From Macrostomum lignano (lineage: Eukaryota), in NCBI GenBank assembly GCA_002269645.1, contig NIVC01000412.1:806001-870000 (forward strand): DNA of 64,000 nucleotides, given 5' to 3'. Shown piece by piece: positions 35,601 through 49,845 of the stretch; within the stretch, counting starts at the first letter, position 1, and the number at the start of each line of letters is the position of its first letter. The translations under genes were made by a program, and so were the position numbers. Under the pieces are notes generated by a model. It worked only from the letters and a program-made list of their open reading frames with translations, searched no databases and was not told where the DNA came from.

Positions 35601-38600
35601 GCTGAAATCGGTAGACACCGGCGGTGCACAATTTCGGCGTGGAATTCAGGCACACGTCGCCGGAATTCGAATCGATTTGGAAGGTGTGCAACTGCGAGCT
35701 CGAACCCCGGTCTACTAGCCGGTAGCCCATTTGACGGTGCTCAGCGACGGCGTCAGCATCGTTGGCCGCAACGTCATCAGCAGTCGTCAGGCAATTACCT
35801 GTCAAAGCTCGGTCGCAGCTGACGTTGAGCCTCAGTGGCTGCGTGTGCACGAACTCTGGAAAGTTGTCGTTTACGTCGGCCAAGCGGACAATCAGGCTGG
35901 CTGTGCCCGTTAGCCGTCGCACCGTTCCGCTATCCACCGCCAGCAGCTCCAGAGTGAACGAGCTTTGACCATGCGGCATGTCTGCGTCAAGTTGACGGTT
36001 GAGCAGCACCTGACCGGAGCCGTCCACACGAAAGGTCGGCGAGCCACGCAGCCTGTACGTCACAGTACCGTTCAGGCCCAAGTCGCCGTCAATGGCAGCG
36101 ACTTTTGTCACTATCGAGCCGATAGTGGCATTTTCTAGCACGGTGACTGGCGGTAGCCATTCAGGCAAGCCTTGTGAACTGCAACCAGCAACTGCCTGTG
36201 GATCACTTAGATTAATCAGGAACCTCGGATAGCAGTCATTGACGTCGAGAATTCGAACGGAGACGTTGGTCTCAGCCTGGTGGATGACGGCTCCATCATG
36301 AATTGCATCAATGTCCTGGACGACAAGGCTAAAACTGAAAGCGTCTTTGGTCTCGCGATCAAACTTATCCGTAGTAGTGAGCGAATAGCTGTTGTTGCGG
36401 TCGTAGTCAACTTGGAATTTCGATGCGCCGTCGCCTCGGATTTCAAAACGACGATTGGCCCGGTTCTGACCGTCGTAATCAGGATCGTGGATGCGGAACT
36501 GCGGAGGTTAGGGTTATAAGTTTATTTAATTGGTGCATTTTATAGCCAGGGAGCTGTGTGCACTTTAGGCGACATTGTCACACAACCGGCGACAGGCATT
36601 ACACAACTGCCCATTCTGCCGACTCTCCTGAGAGCAGACACACAAGCGCGCGGATACGTACGCAGTCATACGCACAGGCACACACTCACACAGGAGTGTA
36701 CAGCGGCCCTAACTTTATTTAACCTTGAAGGCCGTTAATTGCACGAGCAGAGCCAAGCTGAGATTACAATTTAGCCCCATATTATGGCGACTGCACTTAG
36801 AATCGAGCCTGGGCCGCTAGCATATACAAGCGAGAGTGCCGCGCTAGACGGCTAAGTTGCAACCAAGGACCACTAAGAAGTTACCGTTGTAATTTTGAGT
36901 GCAACTGAGATACAGAGTTGTGAGCAATGCAAAGCTGGCCTTCAAAATATTTTACAATATTTACGACTGTTACGTACGATGTACGTACAACGGTAACTTC
37001 TAGTGGTCCTTGACTGCACCCCAATTAGTTAGGGGCGCTTAATAACCTAAAATTTTTATGCTCTGGAATGACAGAATCTTTTACAAGCCAGGACTTGCTA
37101 AGTAATTTTTGCCAACCCACAACTCAAACGATTTGGACAATGTGAAGTTCTGAGCTCATTAGTATATCAAGTTTACTGTCCTCAACGAAATAAATTTAGC
37201 TCGTAAAGCTGTGAAAAGCGACCCATTCATGCAGTTTGCAGTTTTTCTTATAAACACTTACATTATAGACTCGGGACGACTCTTTCGTGTCCTCTGAAAT
37301 GCTAAAGTCGATTGGCGTCACCTCAAACTTGGGCGCATTGTCATTCTGATCCAGCACTGCAATGTAAACTTCCCGTGTGCTTGTTTTCTGCGGAGTTCCA
37401 CCGTCGTAGCATTGAATCCCCACCACGTAGCTACTGCGTTCTTCTCTGTCTAGCGAGTAGGTTGCATTCAATTCGTAGGACACCGGCGATGACGGAGCCG
37501 AACTGCTGGTCAGTAAAAACCTGGGCGGGTTAAACTCGTCCGGCCGCAGCGAGCAGGTGACAATGCCTCCAGCGCCGGTGTCTAAATCGCTGGCTATAAT
37601 GCTGAGAATGTGAAGTGGTACTTTATTGTTCTCAGTGATGGACACGTGATAATTTCTGTTTTTAATCTGAGGCGGGTTGTCATTCTCGTCTAAAACAATG
37701 ATCGTCACAGTGGCCGTTGCGGACTTTGGCGGCTTTCCGTTGTCCACTGCCGCGACCACAACGCGATGCTCCTTGATCTGCTGATCATAGTCCAACTCAC
37801 TGGGGTTCTTCAGCGTCAAACTGCCGCGTCTGGTGAGGCTGAAGAGGTTGCTTTTATCCGACACTAACGTGTAGTGCACCTGGCCGTACTTCGAGTCAGC
37901 GTCGGTGGCATTCAAACGCAACAGCGGATTCGGCGGATTGGTCTCCGACACGCTGACGTTAAATTTCTGGTTGGGGCTCCACTTAGGCTCATTGTCGTTG
38001 ACGTCAATGACGCGGACGCTGACGGTGAGGCTGGCAGTGTGACGCCCGTCCGAGGCAATCAAACAGTAGGTGTACTGCTCGATCTTTTCCCGGTCAAGTC
38101 CGTCCAACAGCTTGAGATACACGTCCCTGGGCCCGCCGTTGCTGTTGTTTTGCAGTTCGAGAGCAAAAGTCGGGTCGGCCGGCTTGCCCGGAGTGCACGA
38201 CTCCAGACGGTAGCTCAGGTGGCAGCTGGCGAAGCCTCTCTTATCGGCGTCCTCCGCCTTCGGCAGGCTGAGCTTTTTTCCGTGTTCAGCGCTCTCCTGC
38301 ACTTCCACCTCCTTCTGGTACGGACCGAAGTTCGGCGGCGAGTTGTTCTGATCGTCCACCTGGATTTTCACGTCGACAAGCTTGGGGACCCTCTGCTCCC
38401 TGGAGTTGCTCATGAACACCTCGGTCTTGATCTGGCAGACGTCCTTGGCTGTCTCCTCGTCACAGTTTGGATTGCTGTAAGAACTGCAGGCTGTCTCGCG
38501 GATTAAAGGTCCGATAGAAGTCAAATTTCCGCCGGAGTCCACCCGGACAATCTCATCAGCCTGCGCTATCTGGTACGTTACGTCACTCCAGTCATCCGAA

Positions 38601-38767
38601 AATTTATCGGCCAAGCTTTTGGGCAGCTTGTCGCGTAGCAAACCGAAATGGACCGATTTTTTGTCGTCCTCCATTGCGTAGAACTGAATGTCTGATTGCT
38701 TTGGCTGGCTGGCAGAGACCACAGCCATCGCTAGGAACAGAGCTGCTAGCCGGCACAGGTGCGGCAT
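32678..38767 (-). CDS. PCDH: Protocadherin-like adhesion protein: signal peptide, 7 cadherin repeats, TM helix, low-complexity cytoplasmic tail
   Basis: complement(join(32678..33036,[33078..33095 optional],33791..33986,34265..34422,35274..36498,37262..38767)); GT-AG, phases consistent. DxNDNxP, LDRE and DxD motifs; TM VLASVLIVFLVALVGLTTLAVIILL. Tail exons are less certain. Confidence 0.88.
33150..33712. repeat. 14-bp telomere-like minisatellite (CACACCGCTAACCC)n in a protocadherin intron
   Basis: About 40 units containing CTAACCC. Confidence 0.92.
33990..34245. repeat. 27-bp minisatellite (GAGACTGATACTGGAGTGACAGACACC) filling protocadherin intron 33987-34264
   Basis: About 9 units; the terminal unit supplies the acceptor ...actccgcag. 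Confidence 0.92.
36535..36856 (-). mobile_element. tRNA-derived SINE-like element, copy 2 (protocadherin intron)
   Basis: Reverse complement aligns by eye with 25350-25700 (ggctcgatt..agtgcagtc; cttggctctgctcgtgcaattaacggcctt; aaagttagggccgctgtacactcctgtgtg). Confidence 0.65.
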
Positions 38768-38924
38768 GTCAGATCTGATGAAGATTAGTCAATTAGTTCA
38801 TCATGATTATTCTTTAAGTGTCAAACAATATCAGATGTGACTTATTTATAAACTTTTTTACATCTAAATCCAAACACAGAGATTAAATGATTTTTTCTGA
38901 GCTATCTGGACAACATTGTGCTCA

Positions 38925-40935
38925 TCAAACCTGAGATTATCTAGTCATCATCACACCTGAGTTTATCAGTCATCACACCTGATATTATCTAGTCATCGCA
39001 CCTGAGATTATCAGTCATCACACCTGAGTTTATCAGTCATCACACCTGAGTTTATCTAGTCATCGCATCTGAGTTTATCTAGTCATCACACCTGAGATTA
39101 TCTAGTCATCACACCTGAGATTATCTAGTCATCATCACACCTGAGTTTATCAGTCATCGCACCTGAGTTTATCTAGTCATCACACCTGATATTATCTAGT
39201 CATCACACCTGATATTATCTAGTCATCACACCTGATATTATCTAGTCATCACACCTGATATTATCTAGTCATCACACCTGAGATTATCTAGTCATCACAC
39301 CTGAGATTATCTAGTCATCACACCTGATATTATCTAGTCATCACACCTGATATTATCTAGTCATCACACCTGATATTATCTAGTCATCACACCTGAGATT
39401 ATCTAGTCATCACACCTGAGTTTATCAGTCATCGCACCTGATATTATCTAGTCATCGCACCTGAGATTATCAGTCATCACACCTGAGATTATCTAGTCAT
39501 CACACCTGAGATTATCTAGTCATCACACCTGAGTTTATCAGTCATCACACCTGAGATTATCTAGTCATCACACCTGAGTTTATCTAGTCATCGCATCTGA
39601 ATTTATCTAGTCATCGCACCTGAGTTTATCTAGTCATCGCATCTGAATTTATCTAGTCATCGCACCTGAGTCTATCTAGTCATCACACCTGATATTATCT
39701 AGTCATCACACCTGAGATTATCTAGTCATCACACCTGAGATTATCTAGTCATCACACCTGAGATTATCTAGTCATCATCACACCTGAGTTTATCAGTCAT
39801 CGCACCTGAGTTTATCTAGTCATCACACCTGATATTATCTAGTCATCACACCTGAGATTATCTAGTCATCACACCTGAGATTATCTAGTCATCATCACAC
39901 CTGAGTTTATCAGTCATCGCACCTGAGTTTATCTAGTCATCACACCTGATATTATCTAGTCATCACACCTGAGTTTATCTAGTCATCACACCTGAGATTA
40001 TCTAGTCATCACACCTGAGATTATCTAGTCATCACACCTGATATTATCTAGTCATCACACCTGAGTTTATCTAGTCATCACACCTGAGTTTATCAGTCAT
40101 CGCACCTGAGTTTATCTAGTCATTGCATCTGAATTTATCTAGTCATCACACCTGATATTATCTAGTCATCACACCTGAGATTATCTAGTCATCACACCTG
40201 AGATTATCTAGTCATCACACCTGAGATTATCTAGTCATCACACCTGAGATTATCTAGTCATCATCACACCTGAGTTTATCAGTCATCGCACCTGAGTTTA
40301 TCTAGTCATCACACCTGATATTATCTAGTCATCACACCTGATATTATCTAGTCATCACACCTGATATTATCTAGTCATCACACCTGATATTATCTAGTCA
40401 TCACACCTGAGTTTATCAGTCATCACACCTGATATTATCTAGTCATCGCACCTGAGATTATCAGTCATCACACCTGAGTTTATCTAGTCATCACACCTGA
40501 GATTATCTAGTCATCACACCTGAGTTTATCTAGTCATCACACCTGAGTTTATCTAGTCATCGCACCTGAGTTTATCTAGTCATCACACCTGAGTTTATCT
40601 TTTCATCACACCTGAGTTTATCTAGTCATCACATCTGAATTTATCTAGTCATCGCACCTGAGTTTATCTAGTCATCACATCTGAATTTATCTAGTCATCG
40701 CATCTGAATTTATCTAGTCATCGCACCTGAGTTTATCTAGTCATCACATCTGAATTTATCTAGTCATCGCATCTGAATTTATCTAGTCATCGCACCTGAG
40801 TTTATCTAGTCATCGCACCTGAGTTTATCTAGTCATCGCACCTGAGTTTATCTAGTCATCGCACCTGAGTTTATCTAGTCATCGCACCTGAGTTTATCAG
40901 TCATCACACCTGAGTTTATCAGTCATCACGCCTGA
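38925..40935. repeat. 23-bp satellite ATCACACCTGAG[A/T]TTATCTAGTC, ~2 kb
   Basis: Period 23; lies upstream of the protocadherin acceptor at 38775, so probably in a 5'UTR intron. Confidence 0.95.
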
Positions 40936-41604
40936 CAACAGAATCAGAATTCTGCAGTTCATTACTGTAATATCTGTTATCATAAATCTCCATATTGAGA
41001 GGTTCAGCCTAAATGTCAATATCATCTTTCATGCTTCATATAAATCAGAAGATTTTGGCCAGGCAACGGATACAAAACACAGAAAGAAATGAAAAACAGA
41101 TACGAGCTAAGTGGCTTCGTTGAAGCTTGCAAGAAGATTTAAGAGGCTTAAGATGACAAGATCAGCCACTGATCACAGGCATTGATATAACCAGCATAAA
41201 ACTGATCGGCACAGTCAACCCATGGATTCGATAGACAGGTTAATTGCATTATTAAAACAAAAATTCCTTAGTTAATTCGTGCTTCTGAATCTAATTTAGT
41301 TTCTAAGTGTTCCAATTATCAGAGAAGAAATTCACCCGTCTTTGTCTGCCCAATCTCGTTTGAGTCACCTCCATAGGCCGCTCCTGTTACTTTTGAGTCC
41401 ACTATTGAAATGTGTGCTCAGCTGCTCAGGCCACGACTGTTTTCACTGGGGGGCAGGGGCAAGGGGAGGCAACCGGACTAACGAACCCCACACTCTGGCT
41501 TTGACAGCGACTGTTCTGAGCTGTCTAAGGCAGCCCTCAGGCCGAGTCGACATTTTTTGGGAGCTTTCTGAATGCAAAGATTCTCCCTATCGTCTTAGTG
41601 TCTT

Positions 41605-41980
<376 letters not shown>

Positions 41981-42619
41981 TCCATATGCTCCATTTTAAT
42001 CTCGAAAGATTTTTTAGCAAATTTATTAGGACTCCAGAATTAAAACACAGTTCCACAAACCATAAATGATTTATAAATTATCATCAGTACTCCAGCTGTG
42101 CTCACCTCATTTAGTAGCCGATTGCTTAAAATAGTTAACCAATTTTCGTGAGTCGTTGGTTTTAAATTTCCACTAAATCTGTAGATCTTCTGTCTGCAGT
42201 GCAGAGCAAGATCGAAAGCCCTATATTATAGACTGCTGCTTCAATCATACGCAGAAACTCGCATAGTTCTATATTCTATAATTTTTCTTATTGGCTGACA
42301 ATTTTACAAATTCCCAACCTGCGCAGTAGCTACGGGTTTCTTGCGCTTGCGCCAGTATTCCGACTGGGGAGGCGGGGGGGGGTTATTCTTGGCGCCTGTT
42401 GCAATGCCGCGTCCCGTGTGCGCCTCGTAGTTCGCGATTGAAAGCGCTTGAGCTGTCAGACCAGGGAGAACTAAATGCATTGAATCTGGAAGAGTGCCAA
42501 CTCGCTCTACTGGTCCAAAAAAACTCGTGCGTGTTAGAACTTGTAGGAAGCTATCGCAGTCTGGTCCAGTGACGTCTGGACGCATGACTCTTAATTGGAG
42601 GGCGTGTCTTGGTTGACCC

Positions 42620-43480
42620 CCTGTCTCTAGGTGGGCGCCCCTGTCTCTTTGGTTAGCGCCCCTGTCTCTTTGGTTAGCGCCCCTGTGTCTTTGGTTAGCG
42701 CCCCTGTCTCTTTGGTTAGCGCCCCTGTGTCTTGGTGGGCGCCCCTGTGTCTTGGTGGGCGCCCCTGTGTCTTGGTGGGCGCCCCTGTCTCTTTGGTTAG
42801 CGCCCCTGTCTCTTTGGTTAGCGCCCCTGTGTCTTGGTGCGCGCCCCTGTGTCTTGGTGGGCGCCCCTGTGTCTTGGTGGGCGCCCCTGTGTCTTGGTGG
42901 GCGCCCCTGTCTCTTTGGTTAGCGCCCCTGTCTCTTTGGTTAGCGCCCCTGTGTCTTGGTGCGCGCCCCTGTGTCTTGGTGGGCGCCCCTGTCTCTTTGG
43001 TTAGCGCCCCTGTCTCTTGGTGGGCGCCCCTGTCCTTAGGTGGGCGCCCCTGTCTCTTGGTGGGCGCCCCTGTCTCTTGGTGGGCGGCCCTGTCTCTTGG
43101 TGCGCGCCCCTGTCTCTTGGTGCGCGCCCCTGTCTCTTGGTGCGCGCCCCTGTCTCTTGGTGGGCGCCCCTGTCTCTTGGTGGTCACATCTGTCTCTTGG
43201 TGGTCGCCCCCTGTCTCTTGGTGGTCGCCCCCTGTCTCTTAGTGGTCGCCCCCTGTCTCTTGGTGGTCGCCCCCTGTCTCTTGGTGGTCGCCCCCTGTCT
43301 CTTGGTGGTCGCCCCCTGTCTCTTGGTGGTCACATCTGTCTCTTGGTGGGCGCCCCTGTCTCTTTGGTTGGCGCCCCTGTCTCTTTGGTTAGCACCCCTG
43401 TCTCTTGGTGGGCGCCCCTGTCCTTAGGTGGGCGCCCCTGTCTCTTGGTGGGCGCCCCTGTCTCTTGGTGGGTGCCCCTG
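42620..43480. repeat. ~20-bp GC-rich minisatellite (GCGCCCCTGTCTCTTGGTGG)
   Basis: Direct tandem units with variants. Confidence 0.93.
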
Positions 43481-44374
43481 TCTTTTGAAGATTCTGTGTC
43501 TCCCATGGATACTTTCAAATGCAGCCTGTTTGATCAGAAGCAAAAAATATTCGCAGGAGGGCTGCTGGCACCCCACACAATCGGCGCTGAGGCAATTCTG
43601 TTCATTCCGGTGACTTCTGAGCACATATAAGCTTGGTACAATACAAGCCCTCGTACACACGCTCACACAGGGGGCCGGCCCGATCATGGGTGTGAATCAG
43701 GACCATCAGATTCTTATTCTGAAGCATTCACGGGGGGGCGCATGGAAGGTGCACTGAACGTGCGTGCGCGGGTGAAGCTTAGGGGTGACTTTGAGGTCGG
43801 CTGCTCAAGGAACTGTCAAAGAGGTCCGGCACTCTCTCTCTCTCTCTCTTTCTCTCTCTCACACACACACACACACACCCAACCCCTAGAGCTGGGCTGA
43901 TTGTGTGATCACAGCTGTTTTCCCCGCACTCCCCTTCTATCCTACTCAGCTAAAACACAAAGCTCTCGCAGTCATGAGCGCGGGTGCAGGATCTATACTC
44001 AATAGATAGTCAGGCAGCAGGGAGTTATATCATTCAGCTCACTCACTCAAGCTTAGTGGGTCTTGAATCCCTCTCCAGTCATGCAACTAGCTTTATACTA
44101 AATAGTAGAGTTACAAAATTAAGCCGGTTGGACAGAAGGAATTTCTCTAATCTCGCTTCCCAAATAACAGCTCCGCTTAGGGACGCTTATGGTTTCGAAA
44201 TGAACAGGTGGTACGTCGCATGTTGTGCTCGCAAAAATATTTAAACTATGGTACATAACTGGAACTGGCTTATGGGCTGTCTGTCACACTTCCTTTGCTG
44301 TGATTTTTGATGATTTTTTGCATCGTCTCTATGTATTCTTTGTCTTTTTGTGGATGCAACCCTACAAAATCAAA

Positions 44375-44640
44375 GTCAGTCAAATCAAACTGAGTCAAAG
44401 ATCAATATAAATCAGGCAAACTGAATCAAAGATCAATCAAAGTCAGTCAAACTGAGACAAAGACCAATCAAAGTCAGTCAAACTGTGACAAAGATCAATC
44501 AAAATCAGTCAAACTGAGACAAAGATCAATCAAAGTCAGTCAAGCTGAGTCAAAGATCAATCAAAGTCAGTCAAGCTGAGTCAAAGATCAATCAAAGTCA
44601 GTCAAGCTGAATCAAAGATCAATCAAAATCAGTCAAACTT
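44375..44640. repeat. 31-bp tandem repeat (AATCAAAGTCAGTCAAACTGAGTCAAAGATC)
   Basis: About 8 units. Confidence 0.88.
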
Positions 44641-44827
44641 TTATGCACTTTTATTTCAGGCACCGATATCCTTTAGCGCAGGGATTTAGGCATAGTTTAT
44701 GGCCTAAAAAAATCGAGCTTCGATTTCTTGTTCACTGTCCTCTCCATATGAAATATCAATAGAACTCGCATCGAGCAGACGCATCAATCGATTTTACTCA
44801 GCTCAAAGCAGAGGTTGACCTTTGAAA

Positions 44828-47800
44828 ATGCGCTCAATGAAAAGGTAAGTAGATCTTTGAGTTTTTTGTCATGCTTAAGCCTTAGTAACACCATGGCATT
44901 ATTTGGTTTAAAAACTACTCCAATACAGCTGCCCTGCCGCGGCGACATCAAAGTACGCAGGCGCTAACAATGCACTTTGGTTGAGTCTACCAGGCAAAAC
45001 TGATAACCAACAACAGCAACAACAAGACGCACCGCCTGCGTTTGATGGCGAAGCAATCGATCGCGTGATCCAGCCAACACTGCGATTGGACTTTCAGACA
45101 AACAATAACAAAAATGAGAGGTGAGGCTTTAAATTGGGGACCTATCTGAACTAAATACAGATCGTTAAGCCTAGGTCCATGCCAATGAAAGACGTGGCCC
45201 TTCAACTAATATCTCCGAATAAGTTAATGCAGGATTACCTGTGCGTGTTTTAATGTTCCGAAAACGCAGCCACAGTGCCGCAGCGGCTGCATCGAAGAGC
45301 TCAAGCGTTTCCGGATGCCTTTGGATGAACTCGCCCAGCCCGGAAGCCGAATCGGACGCTGACGCATCCACGTTCGGCTCGATTGCTCGAGCTGTCACTC
45401 GGATAGACTCGACTTTACCAGCCAGTCATAAAGGCAAAGTCGCTCGTCGAGTCGCATTCGATGCTTCACCGTCGGACGCGACGCAAACCAACAACAGCCG
45501 GAGGGGCAGCAGGTGGGCGGCCGACCGCAGCGACGTCAGCAGCGGCAGCTCGGGCGACTACGAGATCGTCTCGGATTTGACCGAAATAAACAGTGAGTAA
45601 GCTGGGGAGTTATTTTATGATGCAACAGCGCGCAACAATAAAATAGTGCATCTGCGCTGTCGGTGAGACCAAGTTATAGACCGAATCCCAGTCGCCGGCA
45701 GCGCGGATGATGCTTCTGTCACGAACAGCTGGTGCTGCGGTGTTGCACAGGAAGTGACGTCTGACTCTCGCCCTGGTGCGACTCACAGTCATTGAGGGCC
45801 AACCTCCAGAGCGCCTAGAGTGTACGAGTGCGTGCTTGTGTACAGTATTGGCGTGCTTATGTGTGCTCAGGTGTCACTCAAGCTGAACTGCTCAGTGCTG
45901 CTCTGTGCAACCGGTCGCTTGAACCAACCAGTAAATTAAAAATCGGACTAATAGATGTTTATATGGATGCACTATAAGTCTTTGAAATAAGAAAAAATAG
46001 AAATTAGGATTTTATCATCGAAATTTTCGTCGGATTATTTGAACGTTGTGTACTACTACTAGTAGAAATGCAGCAAACTTGAAATATGTAATTACTAACC
46101 AGCTCAAACTATAATGCAATATTACAGGTCTGGAGAATACCAGCGCACTCGCCAGGGGTGAGTGAAGACTTCCCTGATTAATTTATCCCTTAAGTGCATT
46201 CGATTATTTTTACTTACAATAACTGATGACATTTGTTCCCTGCTCCCGGGCTCCAGGCGCCGATGCCATGGTGAAGAGCGCGCTGTCTCGACAAACTGAG
46301 ATTATCGACACATCCAAGCTGGTGGAGGAAGGCAAAGTGTCCACTGAATACATCGAAGAACCCGAGATATTCGAAGATCAAGGTAAGAGCTGGATGCACT
46401 TGCCTACAGTGTGTTTCGACGGCAGCTCAGAGCTGCTCACAGTAGGGTGAATATTATTGCATCTCACCTAGCGATTGGTCCAATTAATCCTAGCGTACTA
46501 ACCGCGGCTAACTCAGCTTAACTTGTGGTAAGCGATACTTGTGGTCTGTCAGTTGGCGACTTGTATTGCCAATCAGCGTCATCCCAACCAGCGCCACCCC
46601 AACCAGCGCCACCCCATCAGCGCCAATCCCAACCAGCGCCACCCCATTAGCGCCAATCCCAACCAGCGCCACCCCAATCAGCGCCAATCCCAACCAGCGC
46701 CACCCCAATCAGCGCCAATCCCAATCAGCACCAATCCCAATCAGCGCCAATCCCAATCAGCACCAATCCCAATCAGCGCCAATCCCAATCAGCACCAATC
46801 CCAATCAGCGCCAATCCCAATCAGCACCAATCCCAATTAGCGCCAATCCCAACCAGCGCCACCCCAACCAGCGCCAATCCCAATCAGCGTCACCCCAACC
46901 AGCGCCACCCAGCCAGCGCCACCCCAACCAGCGCCACTCAACCAGCGCCGTCCCAATGAGCGCCAATCCCAACCAGCGCCACCCCAACCAGCGCCATCCC
47001 AATCAGCGCCAATCCCAATCAGCGCCACCCCAACCAGCGCCACCCCAATCAGCGCCAATTCCAACCAGCGCCACCCAACCAGCGCCGTCCCAATGAGCGC
47101 CAATCCTGACCCCACTTCAGACCGCAAAATGATCGACGACTACGAGAAAACGTTCGCTTACGCCAGGCGCCTTCGCGCCCTGCTCAACATGAAGTTCAAC
47201 GAGCTGGACAAAGGCACAGTGGACACCAACTTTCTGTTAATCAAAGCGCACGAGCACCCAACTCAGAAAATTATCGATCGCTGGCGCAATGTCGACTATG
47301 GCTTCTCGTATAACGACCAAGTGAAAATGAAGAAGCTAATTGAAGACTATCGTAATAACGCCGTCAAGAAAAAGGAAAAGAAGGGCGAGGAGTCCGAGCC
47401 TCACTATCCCGACTTTATCCGTTTCACCGTCCGGTTCAGGAAGGAGAATTCCGAGAAACGCTGGAACGATTATCTGGCTTTTCGGAAGAAACAGAAAAAA
47501 CTCACGGGGAAAAAGGGCGCCGGACCGGTGCCGAAGGTCTGTTTGGATTTGATGTATAGATTTGGTTGGGGTTGATCTATAGATTCGGTTGGGGTTGATC
47601 TATAGATTTGGTTGGGGTTGATCTATAGATTCGGTTGGGAGTTGATGTATAGATTCGGTTGGGGTTGATCTATAGATTCAGTTGGGGTTGATCTATAGAT
47701 TTGGTTGGGGTTGATCTATAGATTCAGTTGGGGTTGATCTATAGATTTGGTTGGGGTTGATCTATAGATTCAGTTGGGGTTGATCTATAGATTCGGTTGG

Positions 47801-49845
47801 GGTTGATCTATAGATTTGGTTGGGGTTGATCTATAGATTCAGTTGGGGTTGATCTATAGATTCGGTTGGGGTTGATCTATAGATTTGGTTGGGGTTGATC
47901 TATAGATTCGGTTGGGGTTGATCTATAGATTTGGTTGGGGTTGATCTATAGATTCGGTTGGGAGTTGATCTATAGATTTGGTTGGGGTTGATCTATAGAT
48001 TCGGTTGGGAGTTGATGTATAGATTCGGTTGGGAGTTGATGTATAGATTCGGTTGGGAGTTGATGTATAGATTCGGTTGGGAGTTGATCTATAGATTTGG
48101 TTGGGATTTGATCTATAGATTCGGTTGGGATTTGTTCTATAGATTCGGTTGGGATTTGTTCTATAGATTCGGTTGGGGTTGATTTATTGATTTGGTTGGG
48201 ATTTGATCTATAGATTCAGTTGGTTGGGAGTTGATGTATAGATTCGGTTGGGAGTTGATGTATAGATTCGGTTGGGAGTTGATCTATAGATTTGGTTTGG
48301 GGTTGATCTATAGATTCGGTTGGGTGTTGATGTATAGATTCGGTTGGGAGTTGATGTATAGATTCGGTTAGGAGTTGATCTATAGATTTGGTTTGGGGTT
48401 GATCTATAGATTCGGTTGGGTGTTGATCTACAGATTCGGTTTGGAGTTGATCTATAGATTCGGTTGAAATTTGCTCAGTTTGAGTGGGATTTATAGATTT
48501 GAATGCATAGAAATGCTTAGCTACTCATATTTTAGTAAAGTCTATTGACAATTATCATATCTACAGAACAAATCCTACCCCAGCAAGTCCATAGGCCTGA
48601 ACCGCATTCAGAAAGTACCAGTTGAACCAAGAAAAAATCAAATTTATCAACAACTCTCTCCCGCATTCTCTGCAGCCCAACGACAAGTACGTGTTTGCAT
48701 TCCAAGACATCTGGTCCTTCTGCATCGCTGTGTACGCGAGGCCTTGGGCCACTGTGAGAGACATCATTGACCCGGTGTTCGCTCGGATCGGTCTGGATCG
48801 TCGAGCTGACTTCTTATTCACCATCGGCTGCTTCAATTACGATAAACGAGCTGGCAAAGCCAAGATTATGGGCGTGCCGAATCGTGAGTCATGCTGCTTT
48901 TCGGCGCTTTGATCAATGACCAATTTTGGCGTCTGTCACTCTTACACACTTGTTTTTGTACTCAAACACACCTGTTTGGGTAACTCGTGCACACCTGTTT
49001 TAGTAACTCATACTCATACACACCTGTTTGGTTAACTCGTGCACACCTGTTTGGGTAACTCGTGCACACCTGTTTTGGTAACTCATACACACCTGTTTTT
49101 GTAACTCATACACACCTGTTTTAGTAACTCATACACACCTGTTTTTGTAACTCATACACACCTGTTTTAGTAACTCATACACACCTGTTTTTGTAACTCA
49201 TACACACCTGTTTTAGTAACTCATACACACCTGTTTTAGTAACTCATACACACCTGTTTTGGTAACTCATACACACCTGTTTTTGTAACTCATACACACC
49301 TGTTTTAGTAACTCATACACACCTGTTTTTGTAACTCATACACACCTGTTTTAGTAACTCATACTCATACACACCTGTTTTGGTAACTCATACTGATACA
49401 CACCTGTTTTAGTAACTCATACACACCTGTTTTGGTAACTCATACTCATACACACCTGTTTTAGTAACTAATACTCGTACACACGAAACCCGCAGTCGCT
49501 GAGGAGCTGACCACCCGAGAGATAGCCAGCGACCTGTACAAGAAGAACTGTACAGAAATCTACGTTAACGACAATCGCTGCGACATGTTCCGCATATTTC
49601 CCGATTATTACACCCGTAATAAGGGCTATATGCTAAAGGAGAAGACAAAGGGTAAGAAGAAAAAGAAGGGCAAGGACGCGAAAGGGGCGGGCCCGAAGAA
49701 TAAAAGCAACACGGATGCTGTAGCAGCAGCTGTCGTACCGGATGTAGCAAAAACGGAAGACGCGTTCGAAGCGACATCGCCAAAATCACCTTCTACTCGA
49801 CGTCTCAGCGTTGTTGAGGAGACATCAAGAGAGAGCATGTCCTGA
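44828..49845 (+). CDS. Uncharacterised multi-exon protein, ~571 aa (disordered N-terminus, Lys-rich middle and C-terminus, possible small ubiquitin-like fold in exon 7)
   Basis: join(44828..44844,44929..45120,45270..45592,46128..46157,46257..46382,47121..47536,48622..48883,49496..49845); all GT-AG, phases close (1716 nt). First two exons are tentative; alternative ATG at 45253. Confidence 0.72.
46575..47105. repeat. CCAA(T/C)CAGCGCC-based minisatellite in intron 46383-47120
   Basis: Tandem 16-17 bp variants running up to the acceptor. Confidence 0.9.
47545..48465. repeat. 23/24-bp satellite TGATCTATAGATTCGGTTGGGG in intron 47537-48621
   Basis: Begins right after the donor; each unit contains the palindrome ATCTATAGAT. 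Confidence 0.93.
48960..49480. repeat. 23-bp satellite AACTCATACACACCTGTTTTAGT in intron 48884-49495
   Basis: Direct tandem units ending near the acceptor. Confidence 0.92.

Noticed and set aside
43974-44844. Possible mini-exons giving MSAAPLRDAYGFEMNR... (DxYGF, TBC-like motif)
   Set aside because: Weak donors and no continuation into a TBC domain; could be 5'UTR exons of the downstream gene.
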